Below, one piece after another: positions 25,498 to 33,836 of a stretch of DNA of 48,774 nucleotides. The DNA comes from Actinomycetota bacterium (GTDB lineage: Bacteria > Actinomycetota > Acidimicrobiia > IMCC26256 > JACDBD01), in assembly GCA_046727755.1 (NCBI GenBank), contig JBKPDG010000118.1, positions 1 through 48,774 of the forward strand, read 5' to 3'. The notes below the pieces were generated by a model that had not been told where the DNA came from, did not search any database, and saw only the letters and a list, made by a program, of their open reading frames with translations. The number at the start of each line of letters is the position of its first letter. Within the stretch, counting starts at the first letter, position 1. Made by a program: the position numbers and the translations under genes.

Positions 25498-27735
25498 ATG
25501 CTCGCTCGCCTCGGACGCTTCACGGTCCGGCGCCGCAAGACGGTGCTCGTGGCGACGGCGGTGTTCTTCGTCGTCGCCGCCGCGCTGGGCGGTGGCGTGG
25601 CGTCCCGCCTCAGCAGTGGCGGCTTCGAAGACCCCTCCTCCGAGTCCGAGCGGGCACGCGACGCAATCGAACGGGAATTCGGCGAGCAGCAGCCGGACCT
25701 CATCCTGCTCGTCACCGCGAAGCAAGGCACGGTCGACGACCCCGAGGTCGCCGCCGCCGGAAGCGCGCTCACCGCCCGGCTCGCGTCCGAGCGTGGCGTC
25801 GCCCGCGCCATCTCGTACTGGGACCTCGGCAGCCCGCCCCCGCTCCGCAGCACCGACGGTCGCCAGGCCCTTGTCGTCGCCGCTTTGAGCGGTGACGAAG
25901 ACGACGTGCACGATACGGCCGAGGAGCTGTCGCCGCGCTACTCCGGCAGCCAGGGACCGATCACGGTCGGCGTCGGCGGCTTCGCCGAGGTCTTCCGGCA
26001 GATCAACAAGCAAGTCGAAGAAGACCTGCTGCGCGGCGAGCTTCTCGCGTTCCCGATCGTGCTGCTGCTGACGGTGCTCGTGTTCGGGAGCGTGGTCGCG
26101 GCCGGCCTGCCGTTGGTGGTGGGCATCCTGGCGATCGTCGGCACGTTCCTCGTGCTCTTCGTGCTCTCGTTGCTCACCCAGGTCTCGATCTTCTCGCTCA
26201 ACTTGACGACCGGCCTGGGGCTGGGGCTCGCCATCGACTACAGCCTGTTCGTGGTGTCCCGGTTCCGGGAGGAGCTACGGGCCGGACGCCCGCCGCACAA
26301 CGCCGTCGTGCGAACCGTGCAGACCGCGGGCAAGACCGTCGCGTTCAGCGCGGTGACCGTGGCGATTTCGCTGGCCGCGCTCCTCGTCTTCCCGCTCGCC
26401 TTCTTGCGGTCGTTCGCGTATGCGGGCATCGGCGTGTCGTTGCTCGCGGGCGCGGTGTCGGTCATCTTCCTCCCCGCGCTGCTCGCGGTGTTGGGAACGC
26501 GGGTGAACTCGCTGCGGTTGTGGCGGCGGGAGCCGAAGCCCGTTGGTGAGGGCGTCTGGCACCGGATCGCCATGATCGTGATGCGCCGCCCCGTGCCGAT
26601 TGCGATCGTCGTCGTCGTCCTGCTCCTCGCGCTGGGGATCCCGTTTCTCCGCATCCAGTTCGGACTGCCCGACGACCGCGTGCTGCCCGCCGACCTCTCG
26701 AGCCGCCAGGTGCAGGACGACATCAGGACGCGGTTCTCGTCGGACGAGGGCGGAGCGCTCCAGGTCGTCGCGACCGGGATTGGTGAGCCCGGGACACGCA
26801 CCGCCGAAGTCGATCGCTACGCAGCCGAGCTGTCGCGCCTGCCGGGTGCGGCTCGCGTCGACGCCTTTACCGGCAGCTACATCGACGGGCAGCAAGTTGC
26901 CGGCCCGGGACCGCTCGGTGCGCGCTTCCAGGCGGACGATGCCACCTGGCTCTCGGTGGTCCCGTCGGTCGAGCCGTACTCCAACGCCGGCGAGCGTCTC
27001 GCCAACGCGGTGCGCGACGCACGCGCGCCGTTCCCTGTCCTGGTCACGGGGCCGTCGGCCGAGCTCGTCGACTCGAACGAGTCGATCTTCGCCCGCCTTC
27101 CCATCGCGCTCGGCCTGGTCGCGCTAGCAACCTTCGTGCTGCTGTTCCTGATGTTTGGGAGCGTCCTCGTGCCCATCAAGGCGCTGATCCTCAACGTGCT
27201 CAGCCTCAGCGCGGTGTTCGGCGCGCTCGTATGGATCTTCCAGGACGGCAACTTCTCGGGTGTCCTCGACTTCACGGCGACAGGCACGCTGCCGGCGTCG
27301 ACACCGCTGCTGCTGTTCTGCATCGCGTTCGGCTTGTCGATGGACTACGAGGTGTTCCTGCTGTCGCGCATCAAGGAGGAACACGACCGAACCGGCGACA
27401 ACACGGGGTCGGTCGCAGTCGGACTCGAACGAACCGGCCGAATCGTAACCGCGGCTGCCGTCCTGATCAGCGTCGTGTTCCTCGCCTTCGCCACGTCGCG
27501 GGTCTCGTTCATCAAGATCTTCGGCATCGGGCTGTCGATCGCCGTGCTCATGGACGCGTTCGTGATCCGGGCGACGCTCGTGCCCGCGTTCATGCGTATC
27601 GCCGGCGAGGCGAACTGGTGGGCGCCGAGATGGATGCGGCGCATCCACGACCGGATCGGGATCAGCGAGACCGAGGAGCCCGAGCCCGAGCCACCCCCCG
27701 AGGAACGGGTCACCGAGCCCGTCGGGTCCCGATGA
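25498..27735 (+). CDS. MMPL-family (RND superfamily) membrane transporter
   Basis: 745 aa with two 6-TM bundles and two periplasmic loops. Typical MMPL strings: GLGLAIDYSLFVVSRFREEL, FGLSMDYEVFLLSRIKEEHD, ANWWAPRWMRR. Confidence 0.9.
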   Translation: MLARLGRFTVRRRKTVLVATAVFFVVAAALGGGVASRLSSGGFEDPSSESERARDAIEREFGEQQPDLILLVTAKQGTVDDPEVAAAGSALTARLASERGVARAISYWDLGSPPPLRSTDGRQALVVAALSGDEDDVHDTAEELSPRYSGSQGPITVGVGGFAEVFRQINKQVEEDLLRGELLAFPIVLLLTVLVFGSVVAAGLPLVVGILAIVGTFLVLFVLSLLTQVSIFSLNLTTGLGLGLAIDYSLFVVSRFREELRAGRPPHNAVVRTVQTAGKTVAFSAVTVAISLAALLVFPLAFLRSFAYAGIGVSLLAGAVSVIFLPALLAVLGTRVNSLRLWRREPKPVGEGVWHRIAMIVMRRPVPIAIVVVVLLLALGIPFLRIQFGLPDDRVLPADLSSRQVQDDIRTRFSSDEGGALQVVATGIGEPGTRTAEVDRYAAELSRLPGAARVDAFTGSYIDGQQVAGPGPLGARFQADDATWLSVVPSVEPYSNAGERLANAVRDARAPFPVLVTGPSAELVDSNESIFARLPIALGLVALATFVLLFLMFGSVLVPIKALILNVLSLSAVFGALVWIFQDGNFSGVLDFTATGTLPASTPLLLFCIAFGLSMDYEVFLLSRIKEEHDRTGDNTGSVAVGLERTGRIVTAAAVLISVVFLAFATSRVSFIKIFGIGLSIAVLMDAFVIRATLVPAFMRIAGEANWWAPRWMRRIHDRIGISETEEPEPEPPPEERVTEPVGSR

Positions 27736-28394
27736 CGGCCGAACGCGCCGCGACCGTCCGGGCCCGCCCGCGCTCACGTCGCGGCGAGGGCGAGACGCTG
27801 CGCGACGACCTCCTCGCCGCCACCGAGCGGCTGATGATCGAGACCGGCAGCGCCGACGGCGTGTCGATCCGGGCCATCGCCGACGCCGTGGGCGTCACCC
27901 CGCCGTCGATCTACCTGCACTTCCCCGACAAGGAGTCGTTGATCCTCGCGGTGTGCGAGCGGCACTTCGAGACCTTCGACGCCGTGATCGAACAAGCCGG
28001 CGCGTCGACCGACGACCCGGTCGAGAGCCTCCGCCGCCGGGGCCGGGCCTATGTGCGCTTCGGGCTCGAGAATCCCGAGCCGTACCGGATCCTCTTCATG
28101 ACCCGAACGGACGGCGAGCAACAGCGCGATGTCGTCGTCGGTGCCGGCGCCCGGGCGTTCCAGCACCTGGTCGATGCCGTACAGCGGTGCATCGATGGCG
28201 GCGCGTTCCGGCGGGTCGATCCCGTGCTCGCGGCGACCGGGGTCTGGACCGCCGTCCACGGCGTCACCTCCCTACTCATCTCGATGCCGGGCTTCCTGTG
28301 GCCCGACGTCGAGGCGCTGGTCGACCACGTCTGCGACACCCAAACCCGCGGCCTGCGCGCAGCCGCGCCCGAAGACCAAGGAGCAACCCCATGA
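27732..28394 (+). CDS. TetR-family transcriptional regulator
   Basis: ATGA overlap with mmpL. HTH: VSIRAIADAVGVTPPSIYLHFPDKESL. Confidence 0.85.
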   Translation: MTAERAATVRARPRSRRGEGETLRDDLLAATERLMIETGSADGVSIRAIADAVGVTPPSIYLHFPDKESLILAVCERHFETFDAVIEQAGASTDDPVESLRRRGRAYVRFGLENPEPYRILFMTRTDGEQQRDVVVGAGARAFQHLVDAVQRCIDGGAFRRVDPVLAATGVWTAVHGVTSLLISMPGFLWPDVEALVDHVCDTQTRGLRAAAPEDQGATP

Positions 28395-29749
28395 GCACTG
28401 CAGTCGAAAACCGTTATCTCGTCGGAAACTTCGCGCCGGTCAGGGACGAGCGGACCGCGACCGATCTCCCGGTCGAGGGTGCGATCCCGAAGGAGTTGCG
28501 GGGCCGGCTGCTCCGCAACGGTCCCAACCCGATCGCGCCCGACCCCGCCGCCTACCACTGGTTCATGGGCGACGGCATGCTCCACGCGATCGAGCTCCGC
28601 GACGGCAAGGCGCTGTCGTATCGCAACCGGTGGGTACGCACCGACCAGGCGATCTCGCTGCTCGGCGAAGACCCGATCCCGGGACAGCCCGACGACGTGT
28701 TCCCGGTCGGCTCGAGCGTGGCGAACACGCACGTCGTGACGCACGCGGGAAAAATCTTCGCCCTCGTCGAGGTGTGCCTCCCGACTGAGGTGCGACCGGA
28801 CCTGTCCACGGTGGGCCGGTTTGACTTCGGCGGCAAGCTCCGGTCGGCGATGACCGCGCACCCCAAGGTCGACCCGGTCACGGGCGAGATGCTCTTCTTC
28901 GGCTATGACGCGTTCGGCCCACCGTGGCTCCGGTACCACGTGGTGGACGCCGAGGGCGCGCTCGTGCGCAGCGAGGACATCGACATCCAGGGACCGTCGA
29001 TGGTGCACGACTTCGCGATCACCGAGCGCAACGTCGTGTTCCTCGACCTGCCGGTGGTGTTCGACTTCGACCTCGTCGGCAAGCGTCCGTTCCCGGCGCA
29101 ATGGAAGCCCGACTACGGCGCCCGGGTCGGCGTGATGCCCCGCGACGGCGGGAACGCCGATGTGCGCTGGTTCGACGTCGACCTCTGTTACGTGTTCCAC
29201 CCGCTGAACGCCTACGACGACAACGGCAACGTGGTCGTCGACGTGGCCCGGCATCCGAAGATGTTCGACGAGGACATCTACGGGCCGGCCGAGCTGCCGC
29301 CGACCCTCGACCGGTGGACGATCGACCTCGACGCCGGGAAGGTCATCGAGGAGCGCATCGACGACCGGCCCCAGGAGTTCCCGCGCGTCGATGAACGCGT
29401 CATCGGCCGCCGCCACCGGTACGGGTACGCAACGCATTTCGGCATCGATGACGAGGGGATCAAGCTCGGCGGCCTGGTGAAGCACGACCTCCAGTCCGGA
29501 ACGAGCGAGGCACGCGAGTTCGGTCGGGGTACGCATGCGAGCGAGGGCGTGTTCGTGCCGGCGTCCGACCACGCCGGCGAGGACGAAGGCTGGGTGCTGT
29601 CGGTCGTGTACGACGAGGGCCGTGATGCCAGCGACCTCGTCGTGCTCGATGCCACCGACTTCGCGGGATCCCCGGTCGCCACCGTCCGGCTGCCCCAGCG
29701 GGTGCCGTTCGGCTTCCACGGTTCGTGGGTTCCAGAAGGAGCCGCGTAG
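28391..29749 (+). CDS. Carotenoid/stilbenoid cleavage oxygenase (CCO/RPE65 family)
   Basis: ATGA overlap with tetR. YLVGNFAPV, NGPNP, HWFMGDGMLHA, ANTHVV.HAGK, MVHDFAITE, VFHPLNAYD, PFGFHGSW (the four-His iron-site context). Confidence 0.9.
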   Translation: MSTAVENRYLVGNFAPVRDERTATDLPVEGAIPKELRGRLLRNGPNPIAPDPAAYHWFMGDGMLHAIELRDGKALSYRNRWVRTDQAISLLGEDPIPGQPDDVFPVGSSVANTHVVTHAGKIFALVEVCLPTEVRPDLSTVGRFDFGGKLRSAMTAHPKVDPVTGEMLFFGYDAFGPPWLRYHVVDAEGALVRSEDIDIQGPSMVHDFAITERNVVFLDLPVVFDFDLVGKRPFPAQWKPDYGARVGVMPRDGGNADVRWFDVDLCYVFHPLNAYDDNGNVVVDVARHPKMFDEDIYGPAELPPTLDRWTIDLDAGKVIEERIDDRPQEFPRVDERVIGRRHRYGYATHFGIDDEGIKLGGLVKHDLQSGTSEAREFGRGTHASEGVFVPASDHAGEDEGWVLSVVYDEGRDASDLVVLDATDFAGSPVATVRLPQRVPFGFHGSWVPEGAA

Positions 29750-29752
29750 CGC

Positions 29753-30226
29753 TCAACTCACGCGCTTCTCGTAGCGGGCCTGGGTGTACGGGCCCACCGT
29801 GACGTCGGCGACGTGCTCGTAACCGGCGCGCTCGTAGTAGGCGCGCAGCGATTCGTTCGACGCGACGCAATCGAGGCGCATGAACGCCTTCCGATTGCCC
29901 GTTGCGTGCTGCTCCGCCCAGCGCAACAAACGCGCTCCCAGCCGATCGCCATGCCGGCTCACGGCCAGCCGGTGCAGGTAGCCGGCGTCGTCGGGGTACC
30001 CGGCCCAGAAGAGCGGGTCCTCCCACTGGACGACGAGAGTGCCCACCACCTCGCCATCAAGTTCGGCGAGCCAGGTCTCCCCGCGCTCGATTGCCGGCAT
30101 CACCCAGTCCGGGTCGAATCGCTCCGGCCATTGCTCGACACCACGCTTCCGCAGCCACGACGCCGCATCGGCGAGCACGTCGAGCACGACATCAACCTCG
30201 TCAGGCCGCGCCGGCCGGATCATCAT
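29753..30226 (-). CDS. GNAT-family N-acetyltransferase
   Basis: 157 aa. YLHRLAVSRHGDRLGARLLRWAEQHA (motif A-like); SNESLRAYYERAGYE. Confidence 0.8.
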   Translation of the reverse strand: MMIRPARPDEVDVVLDVLADAASWLRKRGVEQWPERFDPDWVMPAIERGETWLAELDGEVVGTLVVQWEDPLFWAGYPDDAGYLHRLAVSRHGDRLGARLLRWAEQHATGNRKAFMRLDCVASNESLRAYYERAGYEHVADVTVGPYTQARYEKRVS

Positions 30227-30318
30227 CCGCTGAACGTTCCGCTACACGATTCGCCATTCATTGGTCCTTGAACGTCGAATATCGACGGGCAAGGGCCAAT
30301 GAAAGCGCGAGAAGGGCG

Positions 30319-30615
30319 CTACAGCTTCGATTTGGCGATGCAGATCGCCAGGTGCGCGTCCAGCACCGACTCGCGAGTCGAGTCCGACACGCCGGCGTCG
30401 GCTTCGGCCGCGACCTTGGCGCTGTCCCCCGCCTGCTCGAGCTCGATCACGGCTGCCCGCTCGTCAGCCGCGCCCGTCGCTTTTTCCGCCTTGGCGGCAA
30501 ACTCGCCCACCACCGCGGTCAGAACGGGTGACGCTCCCTGATCGGCGCGGACAGCGGCGACCGCTGTATCGATCTTGGTTCGCACTTCGCGGAGCCGCTC
30601 CGCGACGGTCGCCAC
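30319..30615 (-). CDS. Hypothetical small Ala-rich helical protein
   Basis: 98-codon ORF (GTG start) with acceptable GC3 bias. No recognisable domain. Confidence 0.4.
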   Translation of the reverse strand: MATVAERLREVRTKIDTAVAAVRADQGASPVLTAVVGEFAAKAEKATGAADERAAVIELEQAGDSAKVAAEADAGVSDSTRESVLDAHLAICIAKSKL

Positions 30616-30691
30616 CTCGCCAGACTACGCCCGCAGCGGACCGGGGTCGCCGGGCGTAGATTCACGTTCGACTTCGCGAAGGAGGGCTGCC

Positions 30692-31126
30692 ATGGTCTCG
30701 AACCCGCCCGAAGGCTTCCCCCGCATCACGCCGTACCTGCTGTACGAGGACTGCGAAGGGGCGCTGGAGTTCCTCGCCAAGGCGTTCGGCTTCACCGAGG
30801 ACATGCGCATGACGGGGCCGGACGGCAAGGTCAATCACGCCGAGATGCGCCTGGAGGACGGCGTCGTCATGATGGGCAGGCCGGGCGACGACTACCAGAA
30901 CCCGAGCCGGCACGGTCACGTCAACGCGACGATCTATGTGTACGTCGACGACGTCGATGCGCACTTCGAGCAGGCGAAGGGCGCCGGCGCCAAGATCATC
31001 TTCGAGCCGCAGGACCAGTTCTACGGCGACCGCAGCTACATGGCCGAAGACCCGCAAGGCCAGCAGTGGGGCTTCGCGACGAACATCAAGGACTTCGACC
31101 CGGAGACGATGAAGCCTCCGTCCTAG
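30692..31126 (+). CDS. VOC (glyoxalase/PhnB-like) family protein
   Basis: GAAGGAGGG RBS ahead of ATG 30692. ITPYLLYEDCEGALEFLAKAFGF...VYVDDVDAHFEQAKGAGAKIIFEPQDQFYGDRSYMAEDPQGQQWGF. Confidence 0.8.
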   Translation: MVSNPPEGFPRITPYLLYEDCEGALEFLAKAFGFTEDMRMTGPDGKVNHAEMRLEDGVVMMGRPGDDYQNPSRHGHVNATIYVYVDDVDAHFEQAKGAGAKIIFEPQDQFYGDRSYMAEDPQGQQWGFATNIKDFDPETMKPPS

Positions 31127-31130
31127 CGAC

Positions 31131-31192
31131 TCAGGTCTTCGCCTTCAACGCCTCGATGAGCTTGGGCACGACCTTCGACGCGTCGCCACGAC
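31131..31192 (-). repeat. Orphan copy of the last ~20 codons plus stop of etfA (gene fragment)
   Basis: Aligns with 31954-32016: 57 matches over the 62/63-nt alignment (4 substitutions plus a 1-nt indel). It encodes [18 protein letters not shown], versus [18 protein letters not shown] in etfA. Confidence 0.85.
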
Positions 31193-31198
31193 AGTCGC

Positions 31199-31720
31199 TC
31201 AGCGTTGGAGGGCTTTGTGATAAACGACGAAATCGCACGGTGTCGCCAACAGCGGTGCCAGATGTGGATAGCTGTCGTCGATGCGACCGGTTTGCACCGG
31301 CCGGTAGCCCATACGGGTGTACCAGGCGTGCAGGAACTCCTTGGTGGGGTGCTTCCAACCACGCGGAACCAGCAGCTCCAGCTGCATGACGGCCACGCCA
31401 CGCTGGCGGGACAGCTCCTCGGCGAAGAGGACCAGCTCGCGACCGATGCCTTGGCCATGGTGAGCCGGGTCGGCGGCCAGCACCCCGAACTCGCCTTTGG
31501 TGTCGCTGAGCTGCTGGATGCGAACGGCGCCCACGATTCCCCTATCCAGTCGTGCCACCGCGACCTGGTCTGCCGCAATCATCTCCGCCATCTCGGCGAT
31601 CGTCGTGCGGGAGGCGCCGTCGACCCAGAGCCCTTCTTCGGCGCTGGCGTAGACCCGGTTCACAAGGTCGGTGAGCTCCGCGGCGAGATCCGCGTCAGTA
31701 GCCGCGGTAGCCGGCAACAT
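31199..31720 (-). CDS. GNAT-family N-acetyltransferase (compositionally atypical)
   Basis: ATG 31720. VGAVRIQQL...FGVLAADPAHHGQGIGRELVLFAEELSRQRG. It has visibly more A/T-ending codons (tat, aaa, caa, gtt, cat, cca) than its neighbours. Confidence 0.75.
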   Translation of the reverse strand: MLPATAATDADLAAELTDLVNRVYASAEEGLWVDGASRTTIAEMAEMIAADQVAVARLDRGIVGAVRIQQLSDTKGEFGVLAADPAHHGQGIGRELVLFAEELSRQRGVAVMQLELLVPRGWKHPTKEFLHAWYTRMGYRPVQTGRIDDSYPHLAPLLATPCDFVVYHKALQR

Positions 31721-31953
31721 CTCGATCGCGACCCGTGCCGACCGAGATCCGATCGATGACACCAAACGCCTCCTCGTCGGTCGACGTCCCAGCTGTTGCC
31801 AACCAATGCCGCCAGGCTGGCTTCCGCCGGGCATCGGCGCACACCGCCCAGTCGCCGGGAGGGAGGTTGCGGTTACGAGTGTTCCGATCCGCATCGAAGA
31901 CGAGGCTGGACCTCGTTCGTCCCCCGGTCAGGCGGGCACTGCCGTTGTAGACG

Positions 31954-32016
31954 TCAGGCCTTCGCCTTCAACGCCTCGATCAGCTTGGGCACGACCTTCG
32001 AGGCATCGCCCACGAC
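31954..32016 (-). repeat. Resident copy of the duplicated etfA 3' end
   Basis: Partner of 31131-31192; see the alignment described for that feature. Confidence 0.85.
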
Positions 32017-32922
32017 GCCGAGATCTGACACGCCGAAGATCGGCGCCTCAGGATCCTTGTTGATCGCGATGATGTTGTCGGAGCCCTTCATGCCGACCAT
32101 GTGCTGCGTCGCGCCCGAGATGCCGATCGCGATGTAGACCTTGGGCTTCACGGTCTTGCCCGTCTGCCCGACCTGCTTCGAGTAGGGCACCCAGCCGGCG
32201 TCGACGATGGCGCGTGACGCGCCCGACGCGCCCTTGAGCACCTTCGCCAGCTCCTCGACCAGCGGCTCGTACGCCTCGGCGCTCCCGAGCCCGCGCCCGC
32301 CCGACACGACGACCTCGGCGTCCTCGAGCTTGGGGCCCTCCTGCTCCTCGACGTGGTGGTCGAGCACCTGCGCCTCCGCCGCCCGCCCGGCGTCGACACC
32401 GTCGACCTTCGCGACCTCGGCCGCGCCCCCACCACTCGGTTCGGGCGCGAACGACTTCGGCCGGATGCCGGCGAGGTACGGCTTCTCGCCGTCGAAGGCG
32501 GCCGTCACGATCGTGTTCCCACCGAACACGGCGGTGCTGACCGCCACCGTGTCACCGTCGACCTCGACGCTGTTGCCGTTGGTCAGCACCGGACGGTCGA
32601 GCCTCGCCGAGAGTCGCCCCATCGCGTCGCGCCCGTCGTAGCTCTGCGCGAACAGGATCAGGTCGGGCTGCTGATCGGCGACGAGCTGGGCGAGGAGCGC
32701 CCCGCCGATCACCCCGCTCAACGACGAGCCGTGGTCGACCGCGTGGACCTTCGTGGCGCCGTACTCGCCGAGCTGCGGGGCGATCGCGTCGGCATCGGCG
32801 CCGGCGTACACGGCCTCGACGGTGTCGCCGATGTCGCGCGCCTTGGTGAGCAGCTCGAGCGTCGCCGAGGTCGCCTTGCCGCCCTCGCCCTCGGCGTACA
32901 CCCATACCTTCGGAAGCGTCAT
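31954..32922 (-). CDS. etfA: Electron transfer flavoprotein alpha subunit
   Basis: 322 aa. [55 protein letters not shown]. Confidence 0.93.
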   Translation of the reverse strand: MTLPKVWVYAEGEGGKATSATLELLTKARDIGDTVEAVYAGADADAIAPQLGEYGATKVHAVDHGSSLSGVIGGALLAQLVADQQPDLILFAQSYDGRDAMGRLSARLDRPVLTNGNSVEVDGDTVAVSTAVFGGNTIVTAAFDGEKPYLAGIRPKSFAPEPSGGGAAEVAKVDGVDAGRAAEAQVLDHHVEEQEGPKLEDAEVVVSGGRGLGSAEAYEPLVEELAKVLKGASGASRAIVDAGWVPYSKQVGQTGKTVKPKVYIAIGISGATQHMVGMKGSDNIIAINKDPEAPIFGVSDLGVVGDASKVVPKLIEALKAKA

Positions 32923-32935
32923 CGGCAGCGGCCTC

Positions 32936-33718
32936 CTAGATGACCTTGAGCTGCTCGAGGAAGGCCACGATCCGCTCGTGCGCGTCGCCTTCGTCTTCGA
33001 TCTTCTCGCCCGCCTGCCGCTCGGGCGCCGCCTCGATCGACTTGATCTGCTGGCGGGCGCCCTTCCACCCGACCTCGTCGTCGGACAATCCGAGGTCGCC
33101 CGCCTTCGCCTGGTCGACGGGCTTGTTCTTGGCGGCCATGATCCCCTTGAAGGACGGGTAGCGCGGCTCGACGACGCCGGCGGTGACGCTGACCACCGCG
33201 GGGAGCGAACCCTCGACGATGTCGAACCCGGCCTCGGTCTGCCGCTGGATCTTCACCTTGCCGTCGGCGATCTCGATGTGCTTGGCGAACGTGAGCGACG
33301 GCCAGCCGAGGAGCTCGGCCACCTGGGCCGGCACGGTGCCGGTGTAGCCGTCGGTCGACTCGGTCGCGGTGAGCACGAGGTCGATGTCGCCGGTGCGCTC
33401 GACCGCCTTGGCGATCACCTTGGCCGTCGCCAGCGCATCGGAGCCCTGGAGGACGGGGTCGGAGACGAGGACCGCCTTCGCGGCCCCCATCGCGAGGGCG
33501 GTGCGCAGCCCCGACACCTCGTCGTTCGGGGCCATCGAGATCAGAGTCACCTCGCCGCCCCCCGCGGTGTCGACGAGCTGGAGGGCCATCTCGACGCCGT
33601 AGCTGTCGGAGTCGTCGAGGATCAGCTTGCCCTCGCGCTTGAGCGTCTTGGTCTCGGGATCGAGCTCACCCGGCGTGGCCGGGTCGGGGATCTGCTTCAC
33701 GCAGACGGCGATGTTCAT
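32936..33718 (-). CDS. etfB: Electron transfer flavoprotein beta subunit
   Basis: ATG 33718. MNIAVCVKQIPD..., LVLTATESTDGYTGTVPAQVAELLGWP, AAKNKP. Confidence 0.93.
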   Translation of the reverse strand: MNIAVCVKQIPDPATPGELDPETKTLKREGKLILDDSDSYGVEMALQLVDTAGGGEVTLISMAPNDEVSGLRTALAMGAAKAVLVSDPVLQGSDALATAKVIAKAVERTGDIDLVLTATESTDGYTGTVPAQVAELLGWPSLTFAKHIEIADGKVKIQRQTEAGFDIVEGSLPAVVSVTAGVVEPRYPSFKGIMAAKNKPVDQAKAGDLGLSDDEVGWKGARQQIKSIEAAPERQAGEKIEDEGDAHERIVAFLEQLKVI

Positions 33719-33836
33719 ACCACTCCTGTTTGCCCAGATAGGCCGCCGGTGATTCTGGCCCGGCCGGGCCTCCCGAGTCGAAGCGGTCCCGAAGCCATCC
33801 AGGTCGCGGATGGGCGTCGCAGTACCGTCGGGTCGC

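Noticed and set aside
31131-31358. 75-codon minus-strand ORF ending in [18 protein letters not shown]
   Set aside because: Only the last ~20 codons are etfA-like, from the duplicated fragment. The rest overlaps the GNAT gene in another frame and looks like noise. I report it as a repeat or gene fragment, not a CDS.
31721-31953. Possible gene remnant or mobile-element end in the 233-bp non-coding part of the GNAT insertion
   Set aside because: Six-frame reading shows no transposase, integrase or other recognisable fragment. No terminal inverted repeats are visible, so I cannot call a mobile element.
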